Shown in pieces: positions 14,259 through 23,826 of a stretch of 51,962 bases of DNA. The DNA is from a virus (taxonomy: Duplodnaviria; Caudoviricetes): positions 1 to 51,962 of IMG/VR virus record IMGVR_UViG_3300048861_000006; one strand, 5' to 3'. How positions within the stretch are numbered: position 1 is the first letter of the stretch; each line of letters begins with the position of its first letter. Made by a program: the position numbers and the translations under genes. The notes beneath the pieces are model-generated. The model ran no database searches, was not told the DNA's origin, and worked only from the letters and a program-made list of their open reading frames with translations.

Positions 14259-16132
14259 AGGTAAGAGTATTTGATACTGAGGCAAACAACTTATATCCTG
14301 CGGTAACTGTTTGTCATTGCGGCGTATTCACTAGCCTAGATGGTAAAGAAGTAGACAAGTTTCCACCTGAGCGTCAGCAGGACATGCTTCGGTATATGGA
14401 TACTTGTGATGTGCTGATTGGACACAACGCAATCGGGTATGACTTCCCGATGCTTAAGAAAGTGTGTGGGTATGTGTTCAAGGGGAAAGTAGTAGACACC
14501 TTGCTCATGTCTCGTGCACTCAACCCAAAGAGGTTCCTCCCACCACATGCGAAGATTCGTACAGCAGGTCCGCACAGCATTTATGCTTGGGGCGTTAGAG
14601 TTGGGGTTGATAAGCCCGAACACGACGACTGGGCAGAATATTCTGAGGCAATGCTACACCGATGTACAGAGGACGTAGAGATTAACCGTCTCACCTACCA
14701 CGAGTTGATGAAGGAAGCAGCAGAGAGCGGGGGTAAGTGGCGTGACGCTTTTCTGTTAACTTTCAAGCTGTTCCAGAATTTGCAGGAGCAAGAGGAGTTT
14801 GGTTGGTACGTGGACAAGCAGAAAATGCTTGACAACATCGTTGAACTTGAGCAGCTTATGCAAGAGATTGACGATGAAGTGATTCCTCAACTACCGAACA
14901 TCCTTGAGATTCTGGAGACGAAGAAAGATGGACAAGTCAACTGGGTACGGAAGCCGTTCCTCAAAAGCGGCAAGCCTTCTGAATCGACTAGCAAACATTT
15001 TGGATTGGACGGGAGTGCTTGTGTTGGTGGTCCCTATAGTCGTATTGGTTTTCGCCCTGTTGATATAAACAGCCGTAACGAAACTGTTGAATTTCTTCTC
15101 TCTGTAGGGTGGGAGCCTGTTGAATGGAATTACAACAATGACGGTGAAAGAACGTCGCCTAAGCTTTCTAAGGATGATCCATTCGAAGGCGTGGAAGGCG
15201 AAGTTGGAAAGCTCGTTTCCAAACGAGTGCAGTGTAGGCATAGAAAATCTCTCGTTGAAGGCTTACTTGAAGCTGTACGAGACGATGGACGTCTACCAAG
15301 CAGTGTTGCCGGGATGGCTGTTACCGGAAGAATGCAGCACCGATGCATTGTCAACATCCCAGCAGCCAAAAGTTTCTTCGGAAAGCAACTCCGAGAAATG
15401 TTCTCCTGTCCTCCCGGAAAGGTACTTGTATCTACTGACTCCGATGGAAACCAGCTAAGACAACTAGCAGCCCGGATGAATGATCCGGGATACATTGAGG
15501 CTTTGTGTAATGGAGACAAAGACAAAGGAACAGACTTACACAGCGTCAACATGCGTGCTGCCAAACTCCCTGATAGGGACATGGCTAAAACGTTTATCTA
15601 CGGATTTCTGTTCGGAGCAGGTGATGCAAAGATTGGAAAGATCGTAAAGGGTGGAGCAGCCCGTGGTAAGCAACTCAAGGAAGAATTCCTAGCAGGGCTA
15701 CCGACTCTAGGATCATTACTTGATAGGTTGCGTGCTGAATGGCGTAGGACAGCCAAGAAGCGAATGAATAAGAAGTATGGCCGTGTGGAGTATTACGACG
15801 GCATCATCACTGGTCTGGACGGTCGTCCAATCAAGATCAGTTCAGAGCATCAAATCCTTGTTTATCTTCTCCAGTCAGACGAAGCAATTCAAATGTCTGC
15901 TGCGTACAACTACGCCATTGCAAAACTTAAACGAAAGTATCGTTATGGAGAACAGGTGCATGTTGTCTGTTTCTACCACGATGAATTCACGTTTGAATGC
16001 GATGAAGATATTGCAGAGGATGTAAAGAAAATAACCGAAGACGCTATTGCTTGGGCAGGGCGTTTCTACAACATCGCTTGTCCTCACGTTGGTCAGGGCA
16101 AGATTGGTAAAAACTGGTACGAGGTACATTGA
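14255..16132 (+). CDS. Family A DNA polymerase (T7 gp5-like) with 3'-5' exonuclease
   Basis: FDTE, GHNAIGYD, TGRM, motif A DSDGNQLR, motif B KTFIYGFLFG, motif C YHDE. Confidence 0.95.
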   Translation: MKVRVFDTEANNLYPAVTVCHCGVFTSLDGKEVDKFPPERQQDMLRYMDTCDVLIGHNAIGYDFPMLKKVCGYVFKGKVVDTLLMSRALNPKRFLPPHAKIRTAGPHSIYAWGVRVGVDKPEHDDWAEYSEAMLHRCTEDVEINRLTYHELMKEAAESGGKWRDAFLLTFKLFQNLQEQEEFGWYVDKQKMLDNIVELEQLMQEIDDEVIPQLPNILEILETKKDGQVNWVRKPFLKSGKPSESTSKHFGLDGSACVGGPYSRIGFRPVDINSRNETVEFLLSVGWEPVEWNYNNDGERTSPKLSKDDPFEGVEGEVGKLVSKRVQCRHRKSLVEGLLEAVRDDGRLPSSVAGMAVTGRMQHRCIVNIPAAKSFFGKQLREMFSCPPGKVLVSTDSDGNQLRQLAARMNDPGYIEALCNGDKDKGTDLHSVNMRAAKLPDRDMAKTFIYGFLFGAGDAKIGKIVKGGAARGKQLKEEFLAGLPTLGSLLDRLRAEWRRTAKKRMNKKYGRVEYYDGIITGLDGRPIKISSEHQILVYLLQSDEAIQMSAAYNYAIAKLKRKYRYGEQVHVVCFYHDEFTFECDEDIAEDVKKITEDAIAWAGRFYNIACPHVGQGKIGKNWYEVH

Positions 16133-16485
16133 TGGCAAAAGTATTTGTTAGTGTCGAATTTGTTGATGGTTTGAATCGAAAAGAGTACACGTATGTGGTG
16201 GACACTGTGGTTCATCATGGTATGCCCGAAGCTGGTTGGTACGCAGTGGTGGACACTCCCACTCGTGGCTATGCGTTGGTGAAGGTTAAGCGTGTTCTTC
16301 AAGAAGCCCCTGTTCCCGGTATCGACTATAAGCACATTGTTGCATTCGTATTTGATGGTCCGTATCTGGCTCTGAAAGCTCAACAGGCCAAGGAACATGA
16401 ACGGGCTCGTGCTGTAAAAGCTCGGATTGCCAAGCTTGGTGTTAATGAACTTGAAGAACTTCTTGCCATCTACGAGGACGCATGA
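16132..16485 (+). CDS. Hypothetical protein
   Basis: ORF overlapping the polymerase stop (TGATG). Confidence 0.7.
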   Translation: MAKVFVSVEFVDGLNRKEYTYVVDTVVHHGMPEAGWYAVVDTPTRGYALVKVKRVLQEAPVPGIDYKHIVAFVFDGPYLALKAQQAKEHERARAVKARIAKLGVNELEELLAIYEDA

Positions 16486-16649
16486 CCAATCGTGAATTGA
16501 TTGAACAGCTAAAGAAGTTTCCGCCTGAATCCACTCCATTCGTTTCAGTACCGATCAAGGATAACCCTTTTGGGTATTCGAGGGTGTTGGAAGTGTTGGG
16601 AGCAAGTGCAGGTGATGATGAATCGGTTACATTTATTGACGCAGAATAA
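16482..16649 (+). CDS. Small hypothetical protein, 55 aa (MTNRELIEQLKKFPPE...)
   Basis: Read manually; ATGA overlap; SD GAGG. Confidence 0.7.
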   Translation: MTNRELIEQLKKFPPESTPFVSVPIKDNPFGYSRVLEVLGASAGDDESVTFIDAE

Positions 16650-16664
16650 GGAAAAATAATAAAT

Positions 16665-17381
16665 ATGGGTTTGAACGCATCGAAGGTCAAAGGCGGTAAC
16701 GCAAATAAAGTGGAACAACCGGTGATGGAAGCAGGCACTTATCCTGCACGTCTGGTTCAAGTGATTGACTTTGGCCTTCAGCCGCAGCGAGCTTTCAAGG
16801 GTGAAGCGAAACCTCCTGCACATGAAATCTCCACCACGTATGAATTCGTTGATTGCTTCATGGTGGATGAGAAAGGTAACGACATTGAAGATAAGCCACG
16901 TTGGGTGAGTGAGACTTTCCCGCTTCGTAACATCATGGCTGATTTGGCAACCAGCACGAAGCGAGCTAAGGCACTTGACCCGGAGAATGTTCACGAAGGT
17001 AATTGGCCTGCGTTGCTTGGTAGTCCTGTGAATGTCACTGTGGTGATTAACGAGAGCAAGGGCAAGGTTTATACGAACATTGCTTCCACTGCCACCATGC
17101 GAGCTAAGGACGCTCAGAAGTGTCCAGAGCTTAAGAACGATACGAAGTTCTTTGACTTGAGTGATCCTGACATTGAAGTGTTTAACAGCCTTCCTGAATG
17201 GATTCGAGAGAAGATTAAGGGGAATCTGAATTATGCTGGTTCGAAGCTTGAAGCGCTGCTTGGTGGGGAAGCTCCGAAGGAGAATAAAAAGGCAGATGCA
17301 CAGCCCGAACAACAAAAGAAGCAGCGAGAAGTACCTGATGAGGTGGGTGAGGAAGGCGTAGAGGAAGATGCACCTTGGTAA
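16665..17381 (+). CDS. Putative single-stranded DNA-binding protein
   Basis: AGTYPARLVQVIDFG N-terminus; acidic tail ending in an aromatic residue (EEDAPW); sits between polymerase and exonuclease. Confidence 0.7.
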   Translation: MGLNASKVKGGNANKVEQPVMEAGTYPARLVQVIDFGLQPQRAFKGEAKPPAHEISTTYEFVDCFMVDEKGNDIEDKPRWVSETFPLRNIMADLATSTKRAKALDPENVHEGNWPALLGSPVNVTVVINESKGKVYTNIASTATMRAKDAQKCPELKNDTKFFDLSDPDIEVFNSLPEWIREKIKGNLNYAGSKLEALLGGEAPKENKKADAQPEQQKKQREVPDEVGEEGVEEDAPW

Positions 17382-18181
17382 GACAGTGTCTGATTGACGC
17401 TGATGTTCTGTGTTACGAGATTGGATTTGCAGCGGAGACGGCATGGAAACATGCCTCTCCCAACTCAGACGATCCCCCACCTTGGGATTTCGTACAGGAG
17501 TTATTGCATAGACGTATCGCAGACATTGAATTTGCTTGTGAAGCAACCCTCCCATCAATCTTCTTCCTGACAGGCAATGGCAATTTTCGCTATGAGTTGG
17601 CTAAACGAACTCCTTACAAGGAACGCGCTGGACACAAACCGTTTCACTACAAGAACATCAAAGCCTACATCAAGGGTGTATTCGAATACAGAGAAACGGA
17701 CGGCCTTGAAGCAGACGATCTTATGTCGATTGAGCAAACTGTTCGAGGGGACGAAACCATTATCTGCACTAGAGACAAAGACTTGCGCAGTGTGGATGGA
17801 TGGCATTTTGGATGGGAGTTGGGAAACCAGCCTTCGTTCGGACCTCTCCGAGTGGATGGTTATGGAGCTATTTTTCTTAGTGACGACCGCAAGAAAGTCA
17901 CAGGCTACGGCCTGAAGTTCTTCCTAGCTCAGTGCCTCACTGGTGACAGTGTTGACAGCGTACCCGGATTGCCCAAATGCGGGCCTGTAGCAGCCTTCAA
18001 CATCCTTGCCAATACCAACACCTACCTTGAAGGCAAGACAGCCGTCCAAGAGGCTTACAACGAGCGCTATGGTAACGCTTGGGATATTGAGCTTGAGGAA
18101 CAGGGCAGGTTGCTGTGGATGACTCGCAAGCTTAACGAGGATGGTACGCCTGTCCTATGGGATGTGCATGCCACGTACTGA
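17375..18181 (+). CDS. 5'-3' exonuclease (T7 gp6/FEN-like)
   Basis: LIDAD, NFR...YK, LEADD, DKDL, GDSVDSVPG. Confidence 0.92.
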   Translation: MVRQCLIDADVLCYEIGFAAETAWKHASPNSDDPPPWDFVQELLHRRIADIEFACEATLPSIFFLTGNGNFRYELAKRTPYKERAGHKPFHYKNIKAYIKGVFEYRETDGLEADDLMSIEQTVRGDETIICTRDKDLRSVDGWHFGWELGNQPSFGPLRVDGYGAIFLSDDRKKVTGYGLKFFLAQCLTGDSVDSVPGLPKCGPVAAFNILANTNTYLEGKTAVQEAYNERYGNAWDIELEEQGRLLWMTRKLNEDGTPVLWDVHATY

Positions 18182-18557
18182 GTTCAATGGAGGGAAATGG
18201 ACGGAAGCGAAGTTTCACTCTTTCGTCAAATCGGCTCTACGGGCTGCGTCACGAAAATGGCCCCCGAAGTACGAGACGATAAACGATGCGTATGTCGGAA
18301 CCCAAATCAATGTAAACAGTGGTCGCCTAGCAAAACATTTCCAGTGTGCGAAATGTGCAGGCTTATTCACCAGCACGAACATTCAAGTTGACCACATCAA
18401 CGCCATCATCGACCCGAAAGTTGGCTTCACCAATTGGGATGATGTTGTAAGCGCGATGTTCTGTGAAAAAGAAAATCTTCAAGTTCTTTGTAAACCATGC
18501 CACAAGATTAAGACGGCAGAAGAACGAAAACTAAAAAAGGAATCAAAGAATGGATAA
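18168..18557 (+). CDS. HNH endonuclease (possible resolvase role)
   Basis: CAKC...QVDHI...NLQVLCKPCH. Confidence 0.85.
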   Translation: MPRTEFNGGKWTEAKFHSFVKSALRAASRKWPPKYETINDAYVGTQINVNSGRLAKHFQCAKCAGLFTSTNIQVDHINAIIDPKVGFTNWDDVVSAMFCEKENLQVLCKPCHKIKTAEERKLKKESKNG

Positions 18558-18795
18558 CTTCAAAGGCTTCTCCCTATTCAACGATGTTGAAGATCAAGAA
18601 CTTCAAACATTCAATCGTGCTCGTGTTCTAGCAAACATTGCTCAAGACCATCTGAAGGGTGGACGTGTGAACATTAAGGGTGCAGGGTTGGTGCTTGGTT
18701 ATTTCAATACGTTGCCTGAAGCTGAACGTCTCCCAGTGAAGATGAAGTTTGAACAACTCATGAAGCAGGATGGATTCGCTCTTGTCCCACGCTAA
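18550..18795 (+). CDS. Hypothetical protein, 81 aa
   Basis: ORF with SD AAGGA in an operon context. Confidence 0.75.
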   Translation: MDNFKGFSLFNDVEDQELQTFNRARVLANIAQDHLKGGRVNIKGAGLVLGYFNTLPEAERLPVKMKFEQLMKQDGFALVPR

Positions 18796-18988
18796 TGAAA
18801 AGCAGGTAGCTGGGTCGCACTATCAAGGTGCGATTCAAACTTGGGATTACATCGTAGCAAATGATCTTGGTTATCTAGAAGGCAACGTCATCAAGTACGT
18901 GTCTCGCTACAAGAAAAAGAATGGCAAGCAAGACTTGGAAAAAGCTAAACACTACTTGGAGAAGCTGATTGAATCCGTACAAGATTGA
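18770..18988 (+). CDS. DUF3310 family protein (T7 gp1.7 nucleotide-kinase-like)
   Basis: SHY...GNVIKYVSRYKKKNGKQDLEKAKHYL signature. Confidence 0.85.
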   Translation: MDSLLSHANEKQVAGSHYQGAIQTWDYIVANDLGYLEGNVIKYVSRYKKKNGKQDLEKAKHYLEKLIESVQD

Positions 18989-19121
18989 ACGAAATCTGTG
19001 TGCTTGCCATCCTGAAACATGTGGGCATTGGAAATACTACATCGTAGATGTGCATGGGAATCGGATTAAAGGGAGCGATAGCTATAGCGATTTGAATAAG
19101 GAAATTAATGAAACTAAGTGA
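18969..19121 (+). CDS. Small Cys/His protein, 50 aa (CACHPETCGH)
   Basis: Read manually; TTG start after GGAG; fills the gap before thyX. Confidence 0.55.
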   Translation: MNPYKIERNLCACHPETCGHWKYYIVDVHGNRIKGSDSYSDLNKEINETK

Positions 19122-19743
19122 GATTAATGTTGAATACCTTGGTGGGTACGGATGCGACACAACAGTTGTTAATGCAGCACGAGTTAGCTTCGCAAAGCAG
19201 GCAACAGAAATCGGTGAAGGAGATAGTAGACTCATTCACTATCTGGCGAGACATAAACACCACTCTCCATTCAATCATGCGTTCCTCTCCTTTCGAATTT
19301 CAGCACCAATATTTGTGGCACGACAGCTTGTTAAACACAAGTTTCTTCCGTGGAATGAAGTATCACGGCGATACGTGGATGACGAACCAACCATCTATTT
19401 CCGAGAGTTTCACGGTAGAGCAGCCAATGTTAAGCAAGGTTGCGATGAGACAGCGATCCTTAAACTGCCTTACGGCAACTACCTTAATGACATCAAAACG
19501 CAAATCGGAAATTATCAAGAAGCACTCGATCTTGGGGCGGCTCCTGAAGATGCACGAATGCTCCTCCCTCTGAACCTGATGACTGAATGGGTGTGGAGTG
19601 GAACCCTTGGTGCGTTCCTAGACATGCTTGTTCTTCGTCTTGATCCACACACACAGTTTGACAGCCGTATCGTAGCAAAGCTGATTGCAAAGACAGTTGA
19701 GGAGAAGTTTCCAATCTCCTATAGCGCCTACATAAAAGGATAA
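19108..19743 (+). CDS. thyX: Flavin-dependent thymidylate synthase
   Basis: VNAARVSF, HHSPF, ARQLVKH, NEVSRRY, PEDARMLLP. Confidence 0.93.
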   Translation: MKLSEINVEYLGGYGCDTTVVNAARVSFAKQATEIGEGDSRLIHYLARHKHHSPFNHAFLSFRISAPIFVARQLVKHKFLPWNEVSRRYVDDEPTIYFREFHGRAANVKQGCDETAILKLPYGNYLNDIKTQIGNYQEALDLGAAPEDARMLLPLNLMTEWVWSGTLGAFLDMLVLRLDPHTQFDSRIVAKLIAKTVEEKFPISYSAYIKG

Positions 19744-19746
19744 TAA

Positions 19747-20505
19747 ATGACGCGAATCGTAGTTGTACCGGACACACAGGTTCATGAGGGTGTGGATATG
19801 TCGTACCTCAATCACATTTCTCAATACATCGTGGAGAAGAAGCCGGATTATGTTGTGCACATTGGCGACCATTGGGACATGCCTAGTCTGTCCAGTTATG
19901 ATTTCGGGAAACGTCAGTTTGAAGGTAGGCGTTATCGTAACGATATTGACTACGGTAACGTTGGTATGGACATTCTTACCCAGCCTATTCTAGATGAAGT
20001 GGATCGGTTGGAACGTAACAAGAAAAAGCGTTGGCAACCTAAGCTTCACTTCCTAATGGGCAATCATGAAAATCGTATCTCGCGTGCTGTTGATAATGAT
20101 GCAAAGCTTGAAGGTGCTATCGGTCTTGAAGACCTTAATCTTGGAAGTTGGCAGGTTCATGCTTTTCTTGATCCACTATTCATTGATGGTGTTGCCTTTA
20201 ACCATTATTTTACTACTGGCTTGGCTGGTAGACCTGCTTCAACCGCTAGTGCACAGCTTAATAAACAGCACATGTCTTGCATCGCGGGCCATCAACAAGG
20301 ACTCCAGATTGCAACGGGTAAGCGAGCGGATGGTGCGCTTCTCACTTCGGTGATTGCAGGTAGTGGATATCCCCATGAAGAAGCTTATCTAGGCGCACAA
20401 GGTAATAAACATTGGCGTGGCATCCTTGTACTTAATGACGTACACGATGGTGAATTCGATTTGATGCCGGTGTCTCTCAAGTATCTACATAACAAATATA
20501 ACTAA
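19747..20505 (+). CDS. Calcineurin-like metallophosphoesterase
   Basis: PDTQ, GDHWD, GNHE, GHQQ motifs. Confidence 0.88.
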   Translation: MTRIVVVPDTQVHEGVDMSYLNHISQYIVEKKPDYVVHIGDHWDMPSLSSYDFGKRQFEGRRYRNDIDYGNVGMDILTQPILDEVDRLERNKKKRWQPKLHFLMGNHENRISRAVDNDAKLEGAIGLEDLNLGSWQVHAFLDPLFIDGVAFNHYFTTGLAGRPASTASAQLNKQHMSCIAGHQQGLQIATGKRADGALLTSVIAGSGYPHEEAYLGAQGNKHWRGILVLNDVHDGEFDLMPVSLKYLHNKYN

Positions 20506-22343
20506 TGATTAACATTGACATTAAACGTGATGAAAACTTTAACGAGCAGGGAAAAACGCTACTTTCGAAGTATTATTCGGACGGCAGAGAAGGAATCCAA
20601 AAGGCAATTGCGAGGGCAGCTAACTGCTTCAGCTATGGTGATGAAGGACTTGCTCAACGCATCTATGACGCCGCCAGTAAGCATTGGTTCTTCTATAGCT
20701 CGCCAGTGCTTAGTAACGCTGTGGACGGACATTGGGAAGCGTCTCACTGGTACAAAGATCGAAGCTTCTGGAACAACTCAGGCGAAGCTAAAGGACTAAG
20801 GAAGCGTCTCTGGAAAGGAGCGCTTCCAAAGGCCATGCCCATTGCCTGCTTCGGTGGGTATGTACCTGACACTATTCAAGGACAAATTGATGTTTCTAGC
20901 GAGCTTGCTTTGCTTTCTGTTATGGGCGGTGGTACTGCTCTGCATAGTGGAATTCGTGCAGTGTCTGAGAAAGCTCCCGGTCCTATTCCGTTCTTCAAAA
21001 CCGTTGACGGCATTATGGGCTACTACCGTCAGGGCCGCACCCGCCGTGGGTCTACTGCTCTTTATCTTGACATTAGCCATCCCGACATTGTTGAGTTTAT
21101 CAATATCCGCAAGCCCAGTGGCGGAGACATCGCACGAAAGATTACCAACCGTCCCGGTGTGCACAACGCAGTAAACATCACTGATGCTTTCAAGGAAGCT
21201 ATTGATGCTGATGCTGATTGGCAACTGATTTGCCCACACACTAAAGAAGTCCATCACACCTTCAAGGCTCGTGAGCTTTGGGAACAACTACTAGAAACGA
21301 GGGAACTCACTGGTGAGCCTTATCTGTATTTCATTGATGTTGCTAACCGCGCTTTGCCTGCTTCTCAGCGGGCACTCGGCCTTACGAACAAAGGCAGTAA
21401 TCTGTGTAGTGAGATTACGCTCGCTACTGATATTTCTCGCACTTTTGTTTGCTGTCTTAGCAGCCTTAATCTAGAGAAATATGATGAGTGGAAAGATACT
21501 ACTCTCGTTGTCGATCTTGTCCGTTTTCTTGATAATGTGGTTCAGTGGTTTTGTGATTACGCTCCTGATGGGTTGCACAGGGCTGTATATTCTGCCACTC
21601 GTGAGCGCGCTCTTGGTATCGGCGCTATGGGGTTTCATAATTACCTAATGTCGAAAGGCATTCCCTTTGAGTCTGGAGGTTTCAACAGTGCTGCGCAACA
21701 TAACCATCGAATCTTTAAAGACATCCATTCTAAAGGAATGCTCGCTACTCTCCAGCTTGGTAACGAACGTGGAGAAGCGCCCGACATGGAAGGGACTGGT
21801 CGCCGTAATTCTCACGTGTTTGCCATTGCTCCCAATAGCAATAGCTCTGTCCTATGCAATACTTCTCCTAGCATCGAGCCAATTGCTAGTAATGCGTACA
21901 CTCAGAAAACTCGTGCAGGTATTTACCTCGTAAAGAACAAATGGCTTGAACCTGTCTTGGAGAAGTATGGAATCAATACCGAGGAAACTTGGAAGTCTAT
22001 TGTTCGTAACAACGGAAGCGTCCAGCATATCGAAGCACTTCCGGCTGAAGAAAGGAACGTCTTTAAAACTGCATGGGAAATCGATCAACACTGGATTATT
22101 GAACATGCTGGCAACCGTCAACAATTCATCTGCCAAGCACAGTCTCTCAATGTATTTTTCCTTCCCGGATCAGATAGAGAATATATTAATTCTGTGCACT
22201 TGAAAGCTATGAGAGAAGGCAAAGTCAAGAGCATGTATTACTTCCGTACTGGATCGGCTACGAAGGCTGATACCGTCAAAACAATTCAACGTGTTGTGCT
22301 GAATCAAGAATCAGCTACTGCATGTCTTAGCTGCGAAGGGTGA
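20505..22343 (+). CDS. nrdA: Class I ribonucleotide reductase alpha subunit (no ATP cone apparent)
   Basis: SPVLSN, IACF, GSNLCSEI, APNSNSS, C-terminal CLSCEG. Confidence 0.95.
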   Translation: MINIDIKRDENFNEQGKTLLSKYYSDGREGIQKAIARAANCFSYGDEGLAQRIYDAASKHWFFYSSPVLSNAVDGHWEASHWYKDRSFWNNSGEAKGLRKRLWKGALPKAMPIACFGGYVPDTIQGQIDVSSELALLSVMGGGTALHSGIRAVSEKAPGPIPFFKTVDGIMGYYRQGRTRRGSTALYLDISHPDIVEFINIRKPSGGDIARKITNRPGVHNAVNITDAFKEAIDADADWQLICPHTKEVHHTFKARELWEQLLETRELTGEPYLYFIDVANRALPASQRALGLTNKGSNLCSEITLATDISRTFVCCLSSLNLEKYDEWKDTTLVVDLVRFLDNVVQWFCDYAPDGLHRAVYSATRERALGIGAMGFHNYLMSKGIPFESGGFNSAAQHNHRIFKDIHSKGMLATLQLGNERGEAPDMEGTGRRNSHVFAIAPNSNSSVLCNTSPSIEPIASNAYTQKTRAGIYLVKNKWLEPVLEKYGINTEETWKSIVRNNGSVQHIEALPAEERNVFKTAWEIDQHWIIEHAGNRQQFICQAQSLNVFFLPGSDREYINSVHLKAMREGKVKSMYYFRTGSATKADTVKTIQRVVLNQESATACLSCEG

Positions 22344-22344
22344 T

Positions 22345-22506
22345 ATGAACGAACCGGATGTGTTTGACCATCTAGACGAAATGGATGATGAGATTGAATC
22401 AGAGTGGGATTGGGAGGCAGAGCGAACTTGCTCCTTCCCATGTGAAGTGTGCGGAGAGAGTTGGGGAGACGAATACAGCGAGGATGAAGATGATTCCGAT
22501 GAGTAA
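22345..22506 (+). CDS. Extremely acidic 53-aa peptide with CxxC
   Basis: Read manually: MNEPDVFDHLDEMDDEIESEWDWEAERTCSFPCEVCGESWGDEYSEDEDDSDE; SD AAGGG. Confidence 0.65.
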   Translation: MNEPDVFDHLDEMDDEIESEWDWEAERTCSFPCEVCGESWGDEYSEDEDDSDE

Positions 22507-22630
22507 ATTGTATATCGAGAAATACTACGATGGTGACGAATGGGGATGGATGGTGACTAACGCTTATGGTGATGTTCTGCTAGACACATACGACCGTACG
22601 ATTGCGGAGGCATTCGTTAATGCTTCTTGA
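22499..22630 (+). CDS. Small hypothetical protein, 43 aa
   Basis: MSKLYIEKYY... frame overlapping both neighbours. Confidence 0.55.
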   Translation: MSKLYIEKYYDGDEWGWMVTNAYGDVLLDTYDRTIAEAFVNAS

Positions 22631-23567
22631 GCCGTCCAAGAGTTATGTACCGATCTATCCGCAGTTTGTAGAGATTACGAAGGAACATGAAGAAGCCCAC
22701 TGGCACGAAGGAGAAGCAAAGCTCCAACAGGACGTAGAGCAGTGGAAGACAGGCGTCATCACAGAGAAGGAACAATACTTTGTCAACTCCATCCTACGAT
22801 TATTCACCCAGTCAGACGTTGCGGTTGGAAGCGATTATTACGACAATCTTATCCCGGTCATCCGAAATAACGAGGCAAGAAATATGCTCGGTTCTTTCGC
22901 AGGACGAGAAGGAGTACATCAGCGGGCCTATGCTCTCCTCAATGACACTCTCGGATTCGGAGAAGGCTTCTATACAGAGTTTCTTGAATATGGGGCAATG
23001 AAGGAAAAGCTTGAGTTCATGCTTGATGTCAAAAACACTAATCCGTATGAGATTGCTCAAGGGATTGCAAAGCAAGTCTTGGTGGAAGGTGTTTGCCTGT
23101 TCGCTTCTTTTGCTATGCTTCTTAACTTCCCGCGTCAGGGAAAGTTTATTGGAATGGGGGATGTAAATCAATGGAGTATCCGCGATGAGTCTATCCACGT
23201 TAAAGGGTTGGCTGCTCTCTTTCTTCAATTCATTAAAGAACATCCTTACGTTCTCACAGATGCGTTCAAACAGAGCATTTACCAGACAGCACGAGATTGT
23301 GTTCGATTGGAAGATGGATTCATTGACCTTGCCTTCCGAATGGGAGGAGTTGATGGTATTTCTCAAGAAAGTACTAAGCAATACATCCGAAGCGTCTGTG
23401 ACTACCGAATGCAGCAAATTGGATTCAAGCCTGAGTATAACGTTGAGAACCCCTTTGACTGGCTTGAGTGGATTACAAGTTCCTCAACTATCGAGAACTT
23501 CTTCGAATCAAACACAACAGGATATTCTAAGAACAGCATGGTTGGCTCGTATGCGGGAGGATATTAA
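22620..23567 (+). CDS. nrdB: Class I ribonucleotide reductase beta subunit
   Basis: FTQSD, EGVHQRAY, EGVCLF, DESIH dimetal ligands; SD GGAGG before ATG 22620. Confidence 0.95.
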   Translation: MLLEPSKSYVPIYPQFVEITKEHEEAHWHEGEAKLQQDVEQWKTGVITEKEQYFVNSILRLFTQSDVAVGSDYYDNLIPVIRNNEARNMLGSFAGREGVHQRAYALLNDTLGFGEGFYTEFLEYGAMKEKLEFMLDVKNTNPYEIAQGIAKQVLVEGVCLFASFAMLLNFPRQGKFIGMGDVNQWSIRDESIHVKGLAALFLQFIKEHPYVLTDAFKQSIYQTARDCVRLEDGFIDLAFRMGGVDGISQESTKQYIRSVCDYRMQQIGFKPEYNVENPFDWLEWITSSSTIENFFESNTTGYSKNSMVGSYAGGY

Positions 23568-23824
23568 TGGGAATTAGATTGGAAGGTGGGAGTACGATGA
23601 TTGATTGGGGAAGTTATCCAATGCAATTCTACTACGACTACACAGACAACGAAGGCATCCATCGTGTCTACTACTCCTCAACAACGTATCCTCAGATTGG
23701 GGATACGATTGAGAACGGTGTGTTGGTTCCTAAGACTGGATACATCATCAACAATGATCCGGGATTCCAGAAGAAGAAACTCCGTACCCGTAGCACATGG
23801 CCGATTGAAGGTCAAGATTCGTAA
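23567..23824 (+). CDS. Hypothetical protein, 85 aa (last + strand gene)
   Basis: TAATG overlap; SD GGAGG. Confidence 0.65.
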   Translation: MGIRLEGGSTMIDWGSYPMQFYYDYTDNEGIHRVYYSSTTYPQIGDTIENGVLVPKTGYIINNDPGFQKKKLRTRSTWPIEGQDS

Positions 23825-23826
23825 GC

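Noticed and set aside
632-23417. Long antisense ORFs such as 632-1381, 3175-4050, 16545-17558 and 22812-23417
   Set aside because: Shadows of well-supported + strand genes with no motifs or start signals
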